A DNA stretch of 64,000 nt from Diplonema japonicum. Lineage: Eukaryota > Protista > Euglenozoa: Diplonemea. The notes below the pieces were generated by a model that worked only from the letters and a program-made list of their open reading frames with translations, ran no database searches and was not told where the DNA came from. The stretch covers positions 744,001-808,000 of the forward strand of contig OZ025654.1 in the NCBI GenBank assembly GCA_964019335.1. Reading direction: 5' to 3'. Numbering within the stretch: the first letter of the stretch is position 1; every line of letters begins with the position of its first letter. Positions 11,085 to 24,000 of this stretch are shown here, one piece after another. The position numbers were made by a program, and so were the translations under genes.

Positions 11085-12467
11085 CTACGACGCAGAGGCG
11101 AGCCTCTGGATGGACTGGTTTATCTGCTGCTTTGAAAGCGTTGCGAAAACAGGGGCAGTGCCGCCGATATACTTCTCGCACAGCGCACGATGCGTCTCTT
11201 TTTTCTTGTCCTTCCGTTCGTAGAACAGTCTGTTGTTACTCCGCTTCACTTCTTCCACAGTCAGCTTGCGTGACTCTGTTTTTTCCGACCACTTTTCTAC
11301 TGCCTTCTTAGTAGTCTCCTGTTCTTTGGTTAGCCCTTCATAAAAGACTCGGTGAACCAAAGCCTCGATATCATCTGAGCCCATCACCTTTCTTGGAGAC
11401 TTGGCTTGCAGGATTTCTAGTACCTTTTGGTCTGATTGCTCGGCTTTTTCCCTTCTCATCGTGAGCTCTCTGTCGTGGAGTCTAGCAGCTAGCTCGGTTT
11501 GCACTGACCGCTTGAGTCTTGGGCCTCTGTCAAGAGCAGGGAGTTCCTTGCGGACGGGCGGTTTGAACAACCTATCTGAGATCGGTGTTGGAGTGAACGG
11601 CATGGGAGGCAGGTCTCTCTCAACTGGCGTCGGATAGTTGTCTAAGGTAGTCTTTGCCCCCTTCTGGCGTGCCACGTGGCCCCTCAACACACGATCTTCT
11701 TTGCTGTTCAGCATCGCGTTGCGAAGCAGAGGGACATACTTCTCTTTCACAGCGTCCCTATCGTCCTCCGCCCTCTCTAATTCCGTCAGCATAATCAGCA
11801 GGTTTTTGCCCGCCTCTTTAAATGCGTCTCCTGTCAGCTTCCTTCTCTGCACTTTAAAGTTCTTGACCCTTGCCTGTATCTGATCTACCCGTGCTTCCTT
11901 GGGTGCCAGGGCTTCCTTATACTCCTGTTGCATTGCTCTGAAACGCTCTTGCTTCTTCTTGGCAGCGTCGAGTGTGTTTTTATCCTCTTGCTCCCCTGTG
12001 GCTCGGCCGGCTGTCGAGTGACGTCGATGGGACAGCTTGATGGCTTCTTCTTCACGCCGCGCTGTTTGGAGCTCCTTTTGCGACTTGACCTCCTTGGCTG
12101 CCATCATGCCCCTAAGGACCCGCTCCTCGTCTGCTGTGTACTTGATGGCCACGTCATCGTAGTGCTGCACCACACTGAGGTGGTTGGCCTCTTTCTCGTC
12201 GATAGTCTTCAGCAGGGCTTCTTTTTTTTCAAGCAGTGCCAGTTTCTCTGCAGATGATAAGTTGTTATCCAGCTCAGTGTTCAGGTCGCTCATCTGCTGA
12301 GTGACTTCTTTTAGTTCCGCTAAGGCCTCTTCGATCACTCTCTCCCGCTCTTCGCTCTGCTGCTCGATGTCCCTCATTTTCTTCCTCACCTGCATCCTCA
12401 GCTCTGCGTCCTTCTCGATGTCGCCTATGTCGCCGTGTGACCTCCTCTTGTTGGCCTCATCTTCCAT
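11085..12467 (-). CDS. Coiled-coil protein of unknown function
   Basis: Open E/K/R-rich ORF; first ATG at 12467 with CAG acceptors upstream. Confidence 0.8.
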   Translation of the reverse strand: MEDEANKRRSHGDIGDIEKDAELRMQVRKKMRDIEQQSEERERVIEEALAELKEVTQQMSDLNTELDNNLSSAEKLALLEKKEALLKTIDEKEANHLSVVQHYDDVAIKYTADEERVLRGMMAAKEVKSQKELQTARREEEAIKLSHRRHSTAGRATGEQEDKNTLDAAKKKQERFRAMQQEYKEALAPKEARVDQIQARVKNFKVQRRKLTGDAFKEAGKNLLIMLTELERAEDDRDAVKEKYVPLLRNAMLNSKEDRVLRGHVARQKGAKTTLDNYPTPVERDLPPMPFTPTPISDRLFKPPVRKELPALDRGPRLKRSVQTELAARLHDRELTMRREKAEQSDQKVLEILQAKSPRKVMGSDDIEALVHRVFYEGLTKEQETTKKAVEKWSEKTESRKLTVEEVKRSNNRLFYERKDKKKETHRALCEKYIGGTAPVFATLSKQQINQSIQRLASAS

Positions 12468-12576
12468 GTGTTGCTCTGTTGCTCCTGTGGTGTAATGAAA
12501 TGGGGACAAAAAGAATATCGTTTTTCAATTCAAGTCAGCTAACTGATATAGTGCTTACTGCAGGATGAGTGGGTGG

Positions 12577-13148
12577 TTAGTGCTGTGGGAGCCTTCCAGC
12601 GTTCTGCCAGTTCTTCCTCTTCAGTTTGTAGTCCATAGTGGTTGCCGCGTCTACTTCTTTCACATCAGACTTTCGCACTTGCCCCACGTTCTGCTGCAGG
12701 ACAGGCATCGTGGCCCGTCGTTTTGCGCTGTTCTGGAAGGACGACCATTGCCCCATGGTGTCCTGCAACTCTGCTTCTTGGTGAAGATCGTATTCACGCT
12801 TGCGTTCCTTTTTATTCAACCTCTCTGCCTTTTCGGAAATACTTCTCTCGACTTTCAAGTAGTATTCCCTTTCCGCCTTTGCCTTAGCAGCCACTGCCCG
12901 TGCTTCCGGTGAGAGCTCCTCTTCCATTGTGGTCTCTTCCCTCGTTCCGCTGGTGCCTTTCGCCTGTCGCAACCATTTTTCAAGACCGGTGGCATCTCTA
13001 TACATGTCTCTTTGTTTTTTATCTGCAGCTTTTTTCTCTGCGGCATCCTTGAATTTCTTCAACACGGCAGGGTCGTTCAAATTCTTGTACGCCTTGTCAG
13101 CAATGGTGAATGCGTCAGATGCACCGGGGAGCTGTAAAGTATAGATTT

Positions 13149-13186
<38 letters not shown>

Positions 13187-13362
13187 CTTTTTCCCCACTA
13201 TACCTTGCACTTGTCAGGATGCAGTTTTACCACAATCTTCTTAAAAGAAGACTTCACGTCATCGATGGTACACGTCTCAAGGTCCAGCCCCAAGATCTTG
13301 AACCAGTCATCTCCAGCATCGTTGATATGCTTCATAAGCGCCTCGGACTCCTCTCTACCCAT
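12577..13362 (-). CDS. J-domain protein (DNAJC8-like), 2 exons: 13362-13204 and 13131-12577
   Basis: Splicing the 72-bp GTATAG...TTTACAG intron gives WFKILGL...KLHPDKCK|LPGASDAFTIADKAY (HPD motif), 237 aa, with C-terminal WSSFQ. Confidence 0.88.
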
Positions 13363-13618
13363 TTTGTTTGTGGTAACCCTGGTGGTTTAGTTGAACGAAA
13401 AAAACACTAGTTCAGAAGAAGATATGTAACAAAAACAGGAAGTTCGGTTAAAAAGGAGAAAGAAAAAAAGACTAAACGATTTTTTTTTCTTTTTTTTTTT
13501 TTTTTTTTTTTTGCTGGAACAAGTAAACAAATTTTTGAAAAGAATTGTTATTGCAAAAAAGAGTAGAGGCAGCTTGTCCGTTTATCCCTACTGTAGGTGA
13601 AAACGCACAAACAAAAAT

Positions 13619-14039
13619 ATGGCTTGCGCAGACATCGACCCGTCGGAGTTGTCGGTTATGCTATACCCGGAGGGGGCCCCCACGGCGCCGGCGGACCCGG
13701 ACTGTGCTGCCGGCTGCGACCGGGAGCACAAAACGGGGTTCCATTGCCCCAGATGTGGTTGCCTGGGCAACGAAGCCTGCCTCAGGCAGGTCCACAAAAG
13801 GGATGGAACCCACCTTCTAAAGGACCTGGGCTCCCGGCTTGCACAAACAATCAGCCGACTCTTTTTTTTTTTTTTTTTTTTTCTTGTGAACAGAGAATAA
13901 AGAACAAGACCACATTTGAGTAGCGCGACGAAACAAACAACAATCCTTCTCGTTCGGTGTTTCCCCATTTGGGCCGTTGTGCAGATGCTGTTCGATAAGT
14001 TCGACCAGCAGGGGCGGCAGGGGAGCTGACAAGAGTTGA
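13619..14039 (+). CDS. Putative small Cys-rich zinc-finger protein, up to 3 exons (13619-13789, 13894-13919, 13985-14039)
   Basis: TAG acceptor 22 nt before the ATG; CAAGC-x9-CPRC-x4-NEAC. Two GT-AG introns, the first with a T-tract acceptor, give ...CLRQ|RIKNKTTFE|CCSISS...KS* (83 aa). Donors GTCCAC and GTAGCG are atypical for this window. Confidence 0.45.
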
Positions 14040-14104
14040 ACTTTGCGTTTGAGAGTAAGACGGTTCCCAGACACCAAAACAAATAAATGTAACAGAAGAG
14101 AAAG

Positions 14105-14851
14105 CTAGAATACAAGCAGCCAATCACCGTCTTCATTTGTAGGCACGTCCCGAGCAGGGGCGGGTGCAGGCTGAGCACGGATAGGAGGCGTCGAAAGCAT
14201 TGCAGATGTATCAGCTCCAGGAAGGGAGAAAGTCAAAGCTCTACTACTCGAATATTTGGTATGCTTAATACAGGAATGGTCAGGGCGGATGGCAGGGTCG
14301 TGGTAGTCTTCAGGAGGCGGGTGGTGCTCGGGGGAAGGTGGCGCCAGTTCCGTGTCGGAGCCCTGTGAAGAATCGTCGCAGTGAGGCGGGAGGCACGACT
14401 TGCACAGCTTTTTCCTGCACACCGAGCAACCCTTGTTGAAGATAGGCCACTTTCCACATCGCGTACATTCCACGAGCCCACGCCCAAGGCCAACGACACT
14501 GTGCGACTTGCATGGGTTGCACTCGACGGTCGTCCTCGGGGGAGACGCCTTGACAACGGTACAGCTTGCAGCTGGGACCCACTTCTTGATGCCCAGCATT
14601 GAGAAGCTGACGTACACATCTTCTTCCCAACGCTTGTTCCGTGTTACCCGACCAACGCCCAGCCCCGGCACCAGGACATGTGCTCCTACACACAATGCAG
14701 GTTGTATCTCTTTCGGATGTGCTTTTTTCTCCACTCCACTACCCACGTCTACCACCACTAGCCCGTCCACTACATCTCTCACTAGACCCCGCTCCTTTCC
14801 TTTTAACACCACAGGTGACCCTCCTGTCAACACTACATTCACCCGGTTCAT
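14105..14851 (-). CDS. KOW/Tudor-like repeats plus Cys-rich zinc finger protein
   Basis: GxVxxV beta-motifs; CNPC..CTRC..CSVC..CKSC; CAG acceptor 4 nt before the ATG. Confidence 0.7.
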   Translation of the reverse strand: MNRVNVVLTGGSPVVLKGKERGLVRDVVDGLVVVDVGSGVEKKAHPKEIQPALCVGAHVLVPGLGVGRVTRNKRWEEDVYVSFSMLGIKKWVPAASCTVVKASPPRTTVECNPCKSHSVVGLGRGLVECTRCGKWPIFNKGCSVCRKKLCKSCLPPHCDDSSQGSDTELAPPSPEHHPPPEDYHDPAIRPDHSCIKHTKYSSSRALTFSLPGADTSAMLSTPPIRAQPAPAPARDVPTNEDGDWLLVF

Positions 14852-15088
14852 CCGCCTGCGTGTTGAATATAAGCAGAAGGATGCAACAAGAGGCGGAAGA
14901 GAAGACGGAGAAGATAAAGGAGGGGGGAGAAAGATTCCAAGAGGCGGTGATAGAAAGGATAAAAAGGGTGGAATTTCATGTATACAGCTATAGACCAGAA
15001 AAACAAGGAAGAAGAAGAAAAAAAAACCGAGAATAGAAGGGAGGAACGAGTTTAGAGAAAATAATTGGCCCCTTGGAAAAGGGTGCTT

Positions 15089-18000
15089 CTAAAGTACGGT
15101 ACTGTCAACATCGTTGGACATGTCGATGAGGTGGCTGGACTGGGAGGAGGAGGTGGGGGTGTGGGGGTCATGCATATGCTCTATACGGTTATTGACCAGC
15201 ATGGTGGCGAGGTTGGCTTTTGACGCACGGCGCTTGACCTCTGGTTGCGGCAGGACAGAGCGCCATGCCACAGAGCCTTCGGGTTTGGCAGTGCTGGCAG
15301 TGTCCACAGGCTTCAACATCTCTTCCGAGTACCATGCCACACTGCCATCAGGCCCTTTGACTCCGAACGGTGTGCTTGTCTCACCGTCGGACAGAATCTG
15401 CAACACCATGCCTATTTCGCCATGTATCATACAAGTGTCCTCTGATGGGATCACGTCCTCTACAAGTTCTACCGTGTCCCCTATAGCAATATCCAGTTTT
15501 TCCAGTTGCAAGTCTTCGCTGTTTTTGTTATACCATTTCGCTGCCTCGTACGGTTCCAGGCACACGTGCACCTTCACTCGTGTGTCGTCTTCCGATATGT
15601 TGACAATCTGCCCCGTCGACCACTCGGCGTCTTCGTTCCGCACATTCACAAACGGTCCGTTGGTGATGTCCACATTGTCCTTGTGTGTGGTGATGTTGCT
15701 CCCATCGCACATCTTGACCTTGACGGTCGCTTCCTTCTTGCCTTGCCCGCGTACAATGCCCTTCCACGGTGTGTTTGTTGTGACCCTCACTGTGTCTCCC
15801 AGGCAGTACCCTCTGATGACAACCGGATTCGCTGTAACAGAGTAGTCTGTGGACCCGCCTCCATCGTAGTCTTCCCATTCGTTCCTTCCAAGATGCGGGC
15901 CCTGCAGCGTCTTCCCCGACACCAGGTACCCTATGTTCTGGCTCATTTCTTCATGAGTGCTGCACACCGCCCACAGCCCGGTCTTCGTCCTGTAGCACAG
16001 CCTGTCATAATTATCCTCTTCTCGCCTGTCTCTCTCCCACACGGGGTACCCGTTGTGCAGCACGTCATGTCGTGTATATACACCGTGGCAGCTTGCAACC
16101 TGCTCTTTCTTCGCCCATGAACATGCCACCCAAAGGTTGAGGGGCTCCAGGCAGTCGTCTTCGTCCCCATATTTGTTCCTTGCGATCCTGATGTCGTCAA
16201 GTCTAGCATACGAGATGCCTGAGATGTGCATCGTGTTGTGGATAGGGTCCTCAAGGTCGCGGCAGCGCTGGATGAAGCCGTCAGCTTGGAACTGTAACCA
16301 ACCGTTCACCCTGAAGAGCACTAAGTAAACTGCCTTAGACGTAGAAGCTAAGAGATCCGGTTCAAGGATCCCCACCACGGTGATGTCAGCCTCGTCAAGA
16401 TCTGCCTCGCAGACGAGGGTCTTAATAAACCACTTCTCATCCACACCCATGGCGTTCCCAACCAGCTTGATGGCCAGGCACGGTCCCTGCCTCTCAAATT
16501 CTATGTGCACAAGGACCGAATTGCCTGCAGCTTCTTTGATACCACGCAGTGTTTCCACGTTGATGCCGTTCACCCTCACGGCCCTCCTTCCGATAAACCT
16601 CTGTGCATCCGCATGTTCTGCAGGGCTGTTTACAGTGACGGATTTCAGCAGGGTGTGGTCTTCCCACACGAGACCCATTGGCTCCGCAGTCTTCTTTTCG
16701 ATGAATACCTCGTGTTTCATCATGATGAGCTGTGATCGTGCCCCGTCGTCACGCTTCCTGATCACACGCAGTATGACAAACAGTGCAACAACGATAGCAA
16801 GGATGGCAAAAGCAGTGGCGGGGAACACGAACCACCAATCGAACAGTTTGCTGCCGTTGTTGGTGTCAATGATTGCTTCGTGTGTTGCATATGGTGCTTG
16901 CTGTTCTCTCTCGTTGTGCGGTGACATGCGCTTTCCAGGTTGTGTGATGCTCACAACGGACACCACTGCAGGTACTTGCAACAAGGCGGCAACAATATCC
17001 TGCACTGCGGGGGGTGCCGTGTCGTATTCCACGTCGAGTTCCACCAGTGTCTTCTGCACCGACAAGGCATGTGCCCTCGAGCGGTCCGATGACTCACTCA
17101 CAGTCTCGTTCCCGTACTCGACAGGGTACAACACAGCGCAGTGTGCAAACAGATCATCATTCCAGCTATCTACTCGTACTTCAGGACATGTTCCGTTGCA
17201 CAACTCAGTTTTGCACAAATGTAGCATCCACACCATCCTAGCCATGTCCCCTAACGCTCTACGCAGCTCTGTCGTAAATGAGTACAACCGCCTCATCAAC
17301 ATATCAGGTGCGTCGCTTACGACAAGATGGAACGTCTGATACATATTGGAATCGTCCCATTTCTCGACATGGTGCATCCACTTTGGAATATCTACAGGGC
17401 TTCGTATCCCTTCTGGGGTGCAGTAAGGGAACCCCGTAAAGCCTTCTGCACATGCGTCACACTTTGCACCAGCATACGCAGGTAAGCATGTGCACGTGCA
17501 TGCCCCTTTGAAACCTTGCGGGAAACCATTCGAAGAGCAGTCCCCCACAATGGTGCATTCCGGAGACCCATTGCATGCCACAGTAGACCCATTGACCCCC
17601 TTGTGGCACACGGTGCCTAGGTGGTTGCCGTTCACCCACTGTGTGGCATGTGACTCTACGAAGGAGATCAGGCCTTGGCTTGTATACTTCTTCTTTTCGG
17701 ACAGCATTGACGTGGCTAACGCGGGGCTCAAGGGCAGATCGACACTGCTCGTGTACTTGGAAAATACTTCTTGCGCTTGCGGAGTACGTGTCACACGTCC
17801 CATAGAGTCCGCTGTTCCCTGCACGTTGCCGCTATCATCTAAGATCCTTGAGCCTGGGGGAAACAGCTCCTCGGGCCCTATCGAAAGGGTCTTGCCTGAT
17901 GGAAGTGTTGCTGTTTGCAGCACTTCCTCTTTTTTGATATTTATATCGAGATCGATGAAAACAGAGGCAGCCTGTGCTTGAAGGAATTGCGCAGTACGTG

Positions 18001-21000
18001 CGCTGCTGATCGCCGTCCCATTGGCGTAGTAGCAGTCGAGTGGTTTGCCAGCAACATCTGCACGACAGAGCTCTTTGAGCTCGATATCAGTTGGCAAGAC
18101 GCCGAGTTCGGTCGCCATCTGGGAGAGTAGCTCTGCCAGGTATGAAGCACCAAATCTGTCATCCTTGTTGAAGAAGCTGCTCACATCGGTGTTCTCGTAT
18201 GTGAGGTGCAATGCATGCTGCTCAGTCACATTCTCAGTGGTGTACCGCACTACCATGTCTTGTACTGGCAAGGTGAGCGTGGGGGTCACTGCACCGTCGC
18301 TGACATCCGTCACGTTAGCATCGAACTCATTGTAGATGACAGCCTGCCACCTCTCTAGCAGGGATGTTTTCAGCAGCGTGGGTGCCGGTGTAGGTTGCGG
18401 TGTGGTGGCGACTCTCTGCGAACATATAAATGACGTCGCGCCTTGTGCAGTGGTGACATGGTCCGCTGGCTCCTGAATGAAGTGGCACTGCCTCGTGGCT
18501 TCGAAGTACGTCGTCCCCTTGCAATCCCACATCATAACGCACGCAGCTTTGCATACACTTGACGATGTGATCTTCATCTGCAGCACGGATATTTCCTCGC
18601 TCCTGAACTGGTCCGCCGCCTCGAGCTCTGCATCCTCGTGCTCTGCGAAGTCACATGTCAACCCCTGCTCCGGGCACTTGTAGATGTAAGTGCGGTAGCC
18701 ACTGAAGGTGACTTGGCTCCCGATAATCGGAAGAAGCCTCCTTTTGAAGTAGCAGGCACTGTTCGCCATGTCTTCACCATATACACGTGAAAAGGCAACA
18801 CATTCATCTCTAACTTTGCAAGCTTCAATGCATTCGGCAAGTGTGCCTTTCAGGTACCATTGTGTCTCCAGGTTATACCTGTTCGACATCACTCCATAGT
18901 CAGCATCGGCCCAGCCTGCCGTGCAGGGGTTTGTGTCTCCTGCTGCGAGCAGGTTTAGAATGCCTTTTATGCGTTCGTTCCTTCTCTCCACATCCAACTG
19001 CGGCTGCCCACCTTCATCAAGCTGCAACAGGGCTCTGCGCGGCCCGCTTGACGTGACGTCGTCGAAAGGTGCGCTGTCCTCCTCGTTACTTGAATAGTAG
19101 ACGGCCCTCTCCTTCTCCCTCAGGGACCACCGCGTCTCTGCCCAAGGTTTGAGCCCCAGTGCATGAAGTGATGCATCTAGTGCCCCAGGGAGGATTGTGC
19201 TTGATTCGTGGATTTCTTTCAGTCGCTTCAGTACGTCTCGAGAGAAAGTTGCATGGCTAACACCATCAGGTACACGGACATCGAGACTTATAAGGAAGCC
19301 ACTTGAGCCGCTATCATCGGAAGGGAACTGCACACCCTCAAAAACTGCCGCTGACAACCCTGGTTGCTTCATAGTCACGATGACAGTCACCACTGATGTC
19401 TTCGCAGAAAGGAAGGTAGCCATTCTGCTCTTGCGCACGATGTCGCACTCCATCCACAGTGTCTCCAGAGTGCAGTCACGCGAAGGTGTAATGTCGCAAA
19501 CCCCGCTGCATGAATTACTGCATTCACAGCCTCTCACAGATCCTACTTCCTCCCAACAAGTTTCCTTGCTTTCCTCTAGTTTCGTAGTAGCTGCAGGTAC
19601 AGGTACCGAATCAAGCAAGAGACAAGTCGTATCCTTTTGTTCATACACCAGTGCGATGCACCCTTTTGTATTGTAGCACTGCAGTTGGCAGGTTTTCACG
19701 TCGTTGATGTTCTCGATGACAAACAACTCTGAACCATAAACCGGTGCTTCTGTCTTGCCCTTGTCGCACTTGTATGTCACTGTCGTGCTCCTAATAATCT
19801 CTTCCATAGTTGGCTTTGCTTGGCCGTCCGTGTCGCCATCTCGTTTGCAGGACATAATCTTCTGCTTGGTGTGTGGCATATACCTACCAGTCACTTTCCC
19901 CTTAAACAAGACGCAAGTGTCGTTTGCTTTATAGTGCGACGACGCTGTGCAGAGCATGGGTATGATGGCGTAGCTGTACGAAGAGCACAGGAGCGAACAA
20001 TCCGCTGGAGATGTGATGCCAGCGACAGTGATGAGAGTTTTGCCACTGAAGGAAAGGGACGACGTGCAAGTGAAGGCACTTCGCAACTGCCCGCTGTACA
20101 GCGAGTGGTCTCTGTTGCATGCCACGGTGGTAAGGCGAGCTGACATCACAGCTCCCGTGGTGCGGAGACTGCACTGCTTGTTACCTTCATAAGTTAACCC
20201 TATACACTGAGGTATGACGGTGCACAGAGACTTGCACTTAGCAAACGGCACTTTCAGCATGCTCAGCATGTCACCCCCGATGTGCCCTTTACCCTTTGCA
20301 CAGACGAACTCCTCTTGGAGCTCTTTACCTGGCGTGACCACTACACATGCAACACCCGCCGGTACTTCTCTGTACACTTTAATCTTTCTAGACAAAGCCT
20401 TGCTCATCATAAGAACGGAAGTCCCGAACAACGTGCATGTCTTATCGTCTTGCGAGTAGTGGATTGCGCTGCAAGTAAAGCTCTCTTCACATCTAGCTTT
20501 GCAGCTTTCTTTTGTGCTATGTGATGCCACTATGAACCGGTTGCCCAGCAAGGACAGGTCAGTACTGCACTTGAAGGTCTTCGTCCGCCGAATGGCGCGA
20601 GTCACATCAGGGAGGACCTCGCACCCCAGCGAAGTGCTCTTCACAATGTAGCCCTTACCGGTGCCAAGCAAGATGCACTCTTTGTCGTGGTCTTTCCATT
20701 CGATGTACTTGCAGTTTGTTACCTGTGCACACTTGGTCGTGCATGCTTGCACAGTATCAACGTCGATGACGGAGTACAGCAGCTTCCACTTCGTAGGTGA
20801 TGGGTTTGCCGTGCAGTTCAACGTCTTCCTCAAGTCGTCGCGAGGAGTGAACGACTTCTGCGTTCGCTTGGCTTTCGCACATGTTTGCTTGTCACTCCCC
20901 TTTGTGCACGACGGGTAGAACATACACCGCACGTGGTCGCCACTCCACAGATAGTTGTAGCAGGTGCATGAGGGCAGGATGTCGCAAAATGACTTACAAG

Positions 21001-24000
21001 CCTCACTTGTCGCAGCGTGATACAGCACCCCCAGCAGGTCTTCAGCAGCACCGCGGCCAAGTCCGTTGTCCCCGCACGTGTACGGTGCCGGGTCATTCTC
21101 TAATGCCAGCGTCCTCTCGCATGCAAAACTATCATGCTCAGAACTCTCCAGAAAAGCTCTTGTAGAGCGATGTAGTGTGCAAATCTCTTTAAAAAAGGAC
21201 ACGCCAGTGCAGTTAGCTGCCTTTCCACACATGCCTTGGCACTGCTCCATCGACGCCGTGTGGTGCACAGCAAGTATGTTGCCTTCGTACTTTGCACTGG
21301 TCCTGCATGCGTACATTGAAACTTGCTTGTAGCTTCGGACGCACGATTGGAGGCTCTTGTGCTCTTGAGCACGGCTCGCAGGTGTGCCTCTCTCCAGGAG
21401 CTTGCACGTTTGCGCCAAGCCGTCATACACAACCAGCATGCAATCCGGTGTGGTGTCACAGTTCTCCTGACATTCCACAATGGTATCCACATCTGATAAG
21501 GTCACGATTGGTGCGCCCTCCCAATCTCTTTCCTCTTCGCAGCTGTAGGACATCCCTTTACTACAAGTTACATGTGGCTCTGCTAAATCAGACGCAGCCC
21601 ATTTACCGCTTATGCCAAGGAGCGTGCAATCATTCGTAGTAGGCACGTAAACCGCCCTGACACAGGTAGGTGTTGCGTCGCATTTTATCTGACACTCGCG
21701 AAGCGAAAGCAAAGGGCCTTCCCACACAAACGCGCCTTTAACATAATGTTTGGTGGAAGTCATGCAACTATAGGGCGTGGCGGGGTAGCACACAAGCGAA
21801 CCGGGTGCCGTGCCCTGCATCTCACCTTCGCGCGCAAGATGACAGCTATTATCGTATGTGAGTGACTTACAGGAAGGCGTGGAGTCGCACTTCTCCTTAC
21901 ACTCTGCCAGGGAAATCTGGAAGGCTCCTTGCTCATACTCTAAATGCCGTTTGTCTTCCTCGCAATAATAGCTGTCGGTGAGCATGCAAGATATAACGTC
22001 CTCAGCCTGAGCGAGCACTGCCGACGAGTCCTTTAACAGACACCAACTACTTGCTGCTGTATAGGAAATTTTGTTGCAAGCAGTATCTGCATTGCAGCTG
22101 TACTGACACGCCGCCAGAGAGGGCGCACTTGTCATGCGGATGTCGCCACCGTTGAGACTGCCCTCCTCGCAGCTGTAGACTTTCCTATTGTAAGCAAGGG
22201 GGAGGTCGCCTAGCACTGCATTGACACTGGTAGCGTCATCGGAATTGGTGGGATCGATACACAGGACGTGGCCAGGGGTGGTGCTGATAGAGTCGAGCAC
22301 GCCGATCAGGTTGCAAGACGTATGATGGCAAGACACCGCCTTGCAGAATGGGGTTGCAGAGCATGCAGACAGTGCATCGTCCCAATTGTCAACTGTCAAA
22401 CTTGCCAGCTCGCTACCATGTCCTTTCTGCCCCTCGGTGCACGTGAACTTCTCGCCTGTTAGCTTGGCGACCTCCCGCTTTAACTTCGAACAACTCTCCA
22501 CACCGCTCTTCTGCTCACCCCCCTGTATCACGTCCCTGAACACCACACACAGCTTTTCAACGGCATTCCACTTCACAGCTGTGCATTCAACCACCTTGCT
22601 GCAGTACGTGGCACAGGACTTGGTGCTCGAGACATCGTTCACAACGAACAGCTGGCTACCATCGAAGTCAGCTCCTTTCTGGCAGCTGTACCCTGCGTGT
22701 TGCGTGTTGTTAGATAATAACCTGCATGACATATCCTTGCCATCCGTTCCTGCGAGGAGGGCCTCTGAGTACTTTTTGAGACGGCAGATGTTTGTATTGT
22801 TGTTGTAAGTCACGAGATTACACTTAGGAAGGGAGTCGCATGCTGATTTGCAAGCTTCTATCGAACCTGCTTCGAAGCCAAGTAGGTCGCCTCCCATAAA
22901 GGTGGCCCCCTGCGTGCATGCATAGTGTGTCGCCTCGGCGTCAGTTTCATCGAATGTCACCTCGCAGCCTACCGCAGCATCACTATCTCGCACGGAGGTG
23001 CCCTGCTTTCCTAACACACATGACTTGTCGGACTGGAAGTAGGTGGCCGTCTGGCAGGCAGATGTCATGTCACACGTTCTGATGCACTCCGTCGATGTCA
23101 GGACGTTCTTCATGGTGAGAAGTTTTTCTGCAGAAAACGACCTTCGTGGAAGACACGTGTAATCCTTCGCAGCTGCATGTACAAGTTCGACAGCCCGTGC
23201 CAGCACTACTTCATGAACCTGCTGTGGTTCTAATTTTTCTGCTTGCGCCATGACACGCACAGCCGTACCCTGTGTCTCGAGGGTGTTGTATGTGCGAGAC
23301 AGGAGCCCGGTGCTGGAGATGATGCTGATATCCATATAATCTTGCGATATTCCCAAAGAAGTAGCCATGCCACTCATCAGCGGCTCTTTGAGGTCTGACA
23401 GAGTTTGCACGTCTACAGGAAGCTCTATGTTGATGGAGAGCCTCATATTGCTGTCAGGCACAATTTTTCCAATACACAGAACAGTATTCGTATTTGGGTC
23501 TACACCGTGCACCTCCTCCACAGCCCTGTACAGTCTGCAGTACTGCATGTCGTTGTAAGACACAGCAACGCAGCCTGCAACCAGCGGGCAGTAATTCCTG
23601 CAAAGCTCGACACTTTCCACTTTCTGGACTTCAAGGATTTTATCGTCGGCAGTGATATCCTTGTTGTACTCGCAGTCTGGTGAGCTGTACCGCGATTTCC
23701 TTTGCCAGTCGAACAACGGGTCCTCAATTGCTTTCGCTCGCACTTTGACTTCTACTTCCAGGGCTTCGTACTTTCGTGAGATATCCGAGTCTGGTTTAGC
23801 TATGCTCGCTGCAATCCTCGTCTCGACCATACTGCGGAACTCCGTAAAAGTCTGCCCATCACTGATAGAGTCGGCTGGCTGTACTATTTCAAACGTGATC
23901 AGTGAGTAGACAGACACACCCACAGCACCCACTCCCCCACCGCAAGAGTCATCAGTGATGTCAAGTGGCGTACCTGGGTCTCTACACGCAAGGATGCTCA

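Noticed and set aside
13985-14052. EF-hand-like reading MLFDKFDQQGRQG/ELTRVEL
   Set aside because: Needs a frameshift; the alternative spliced frame explains the region equally well.
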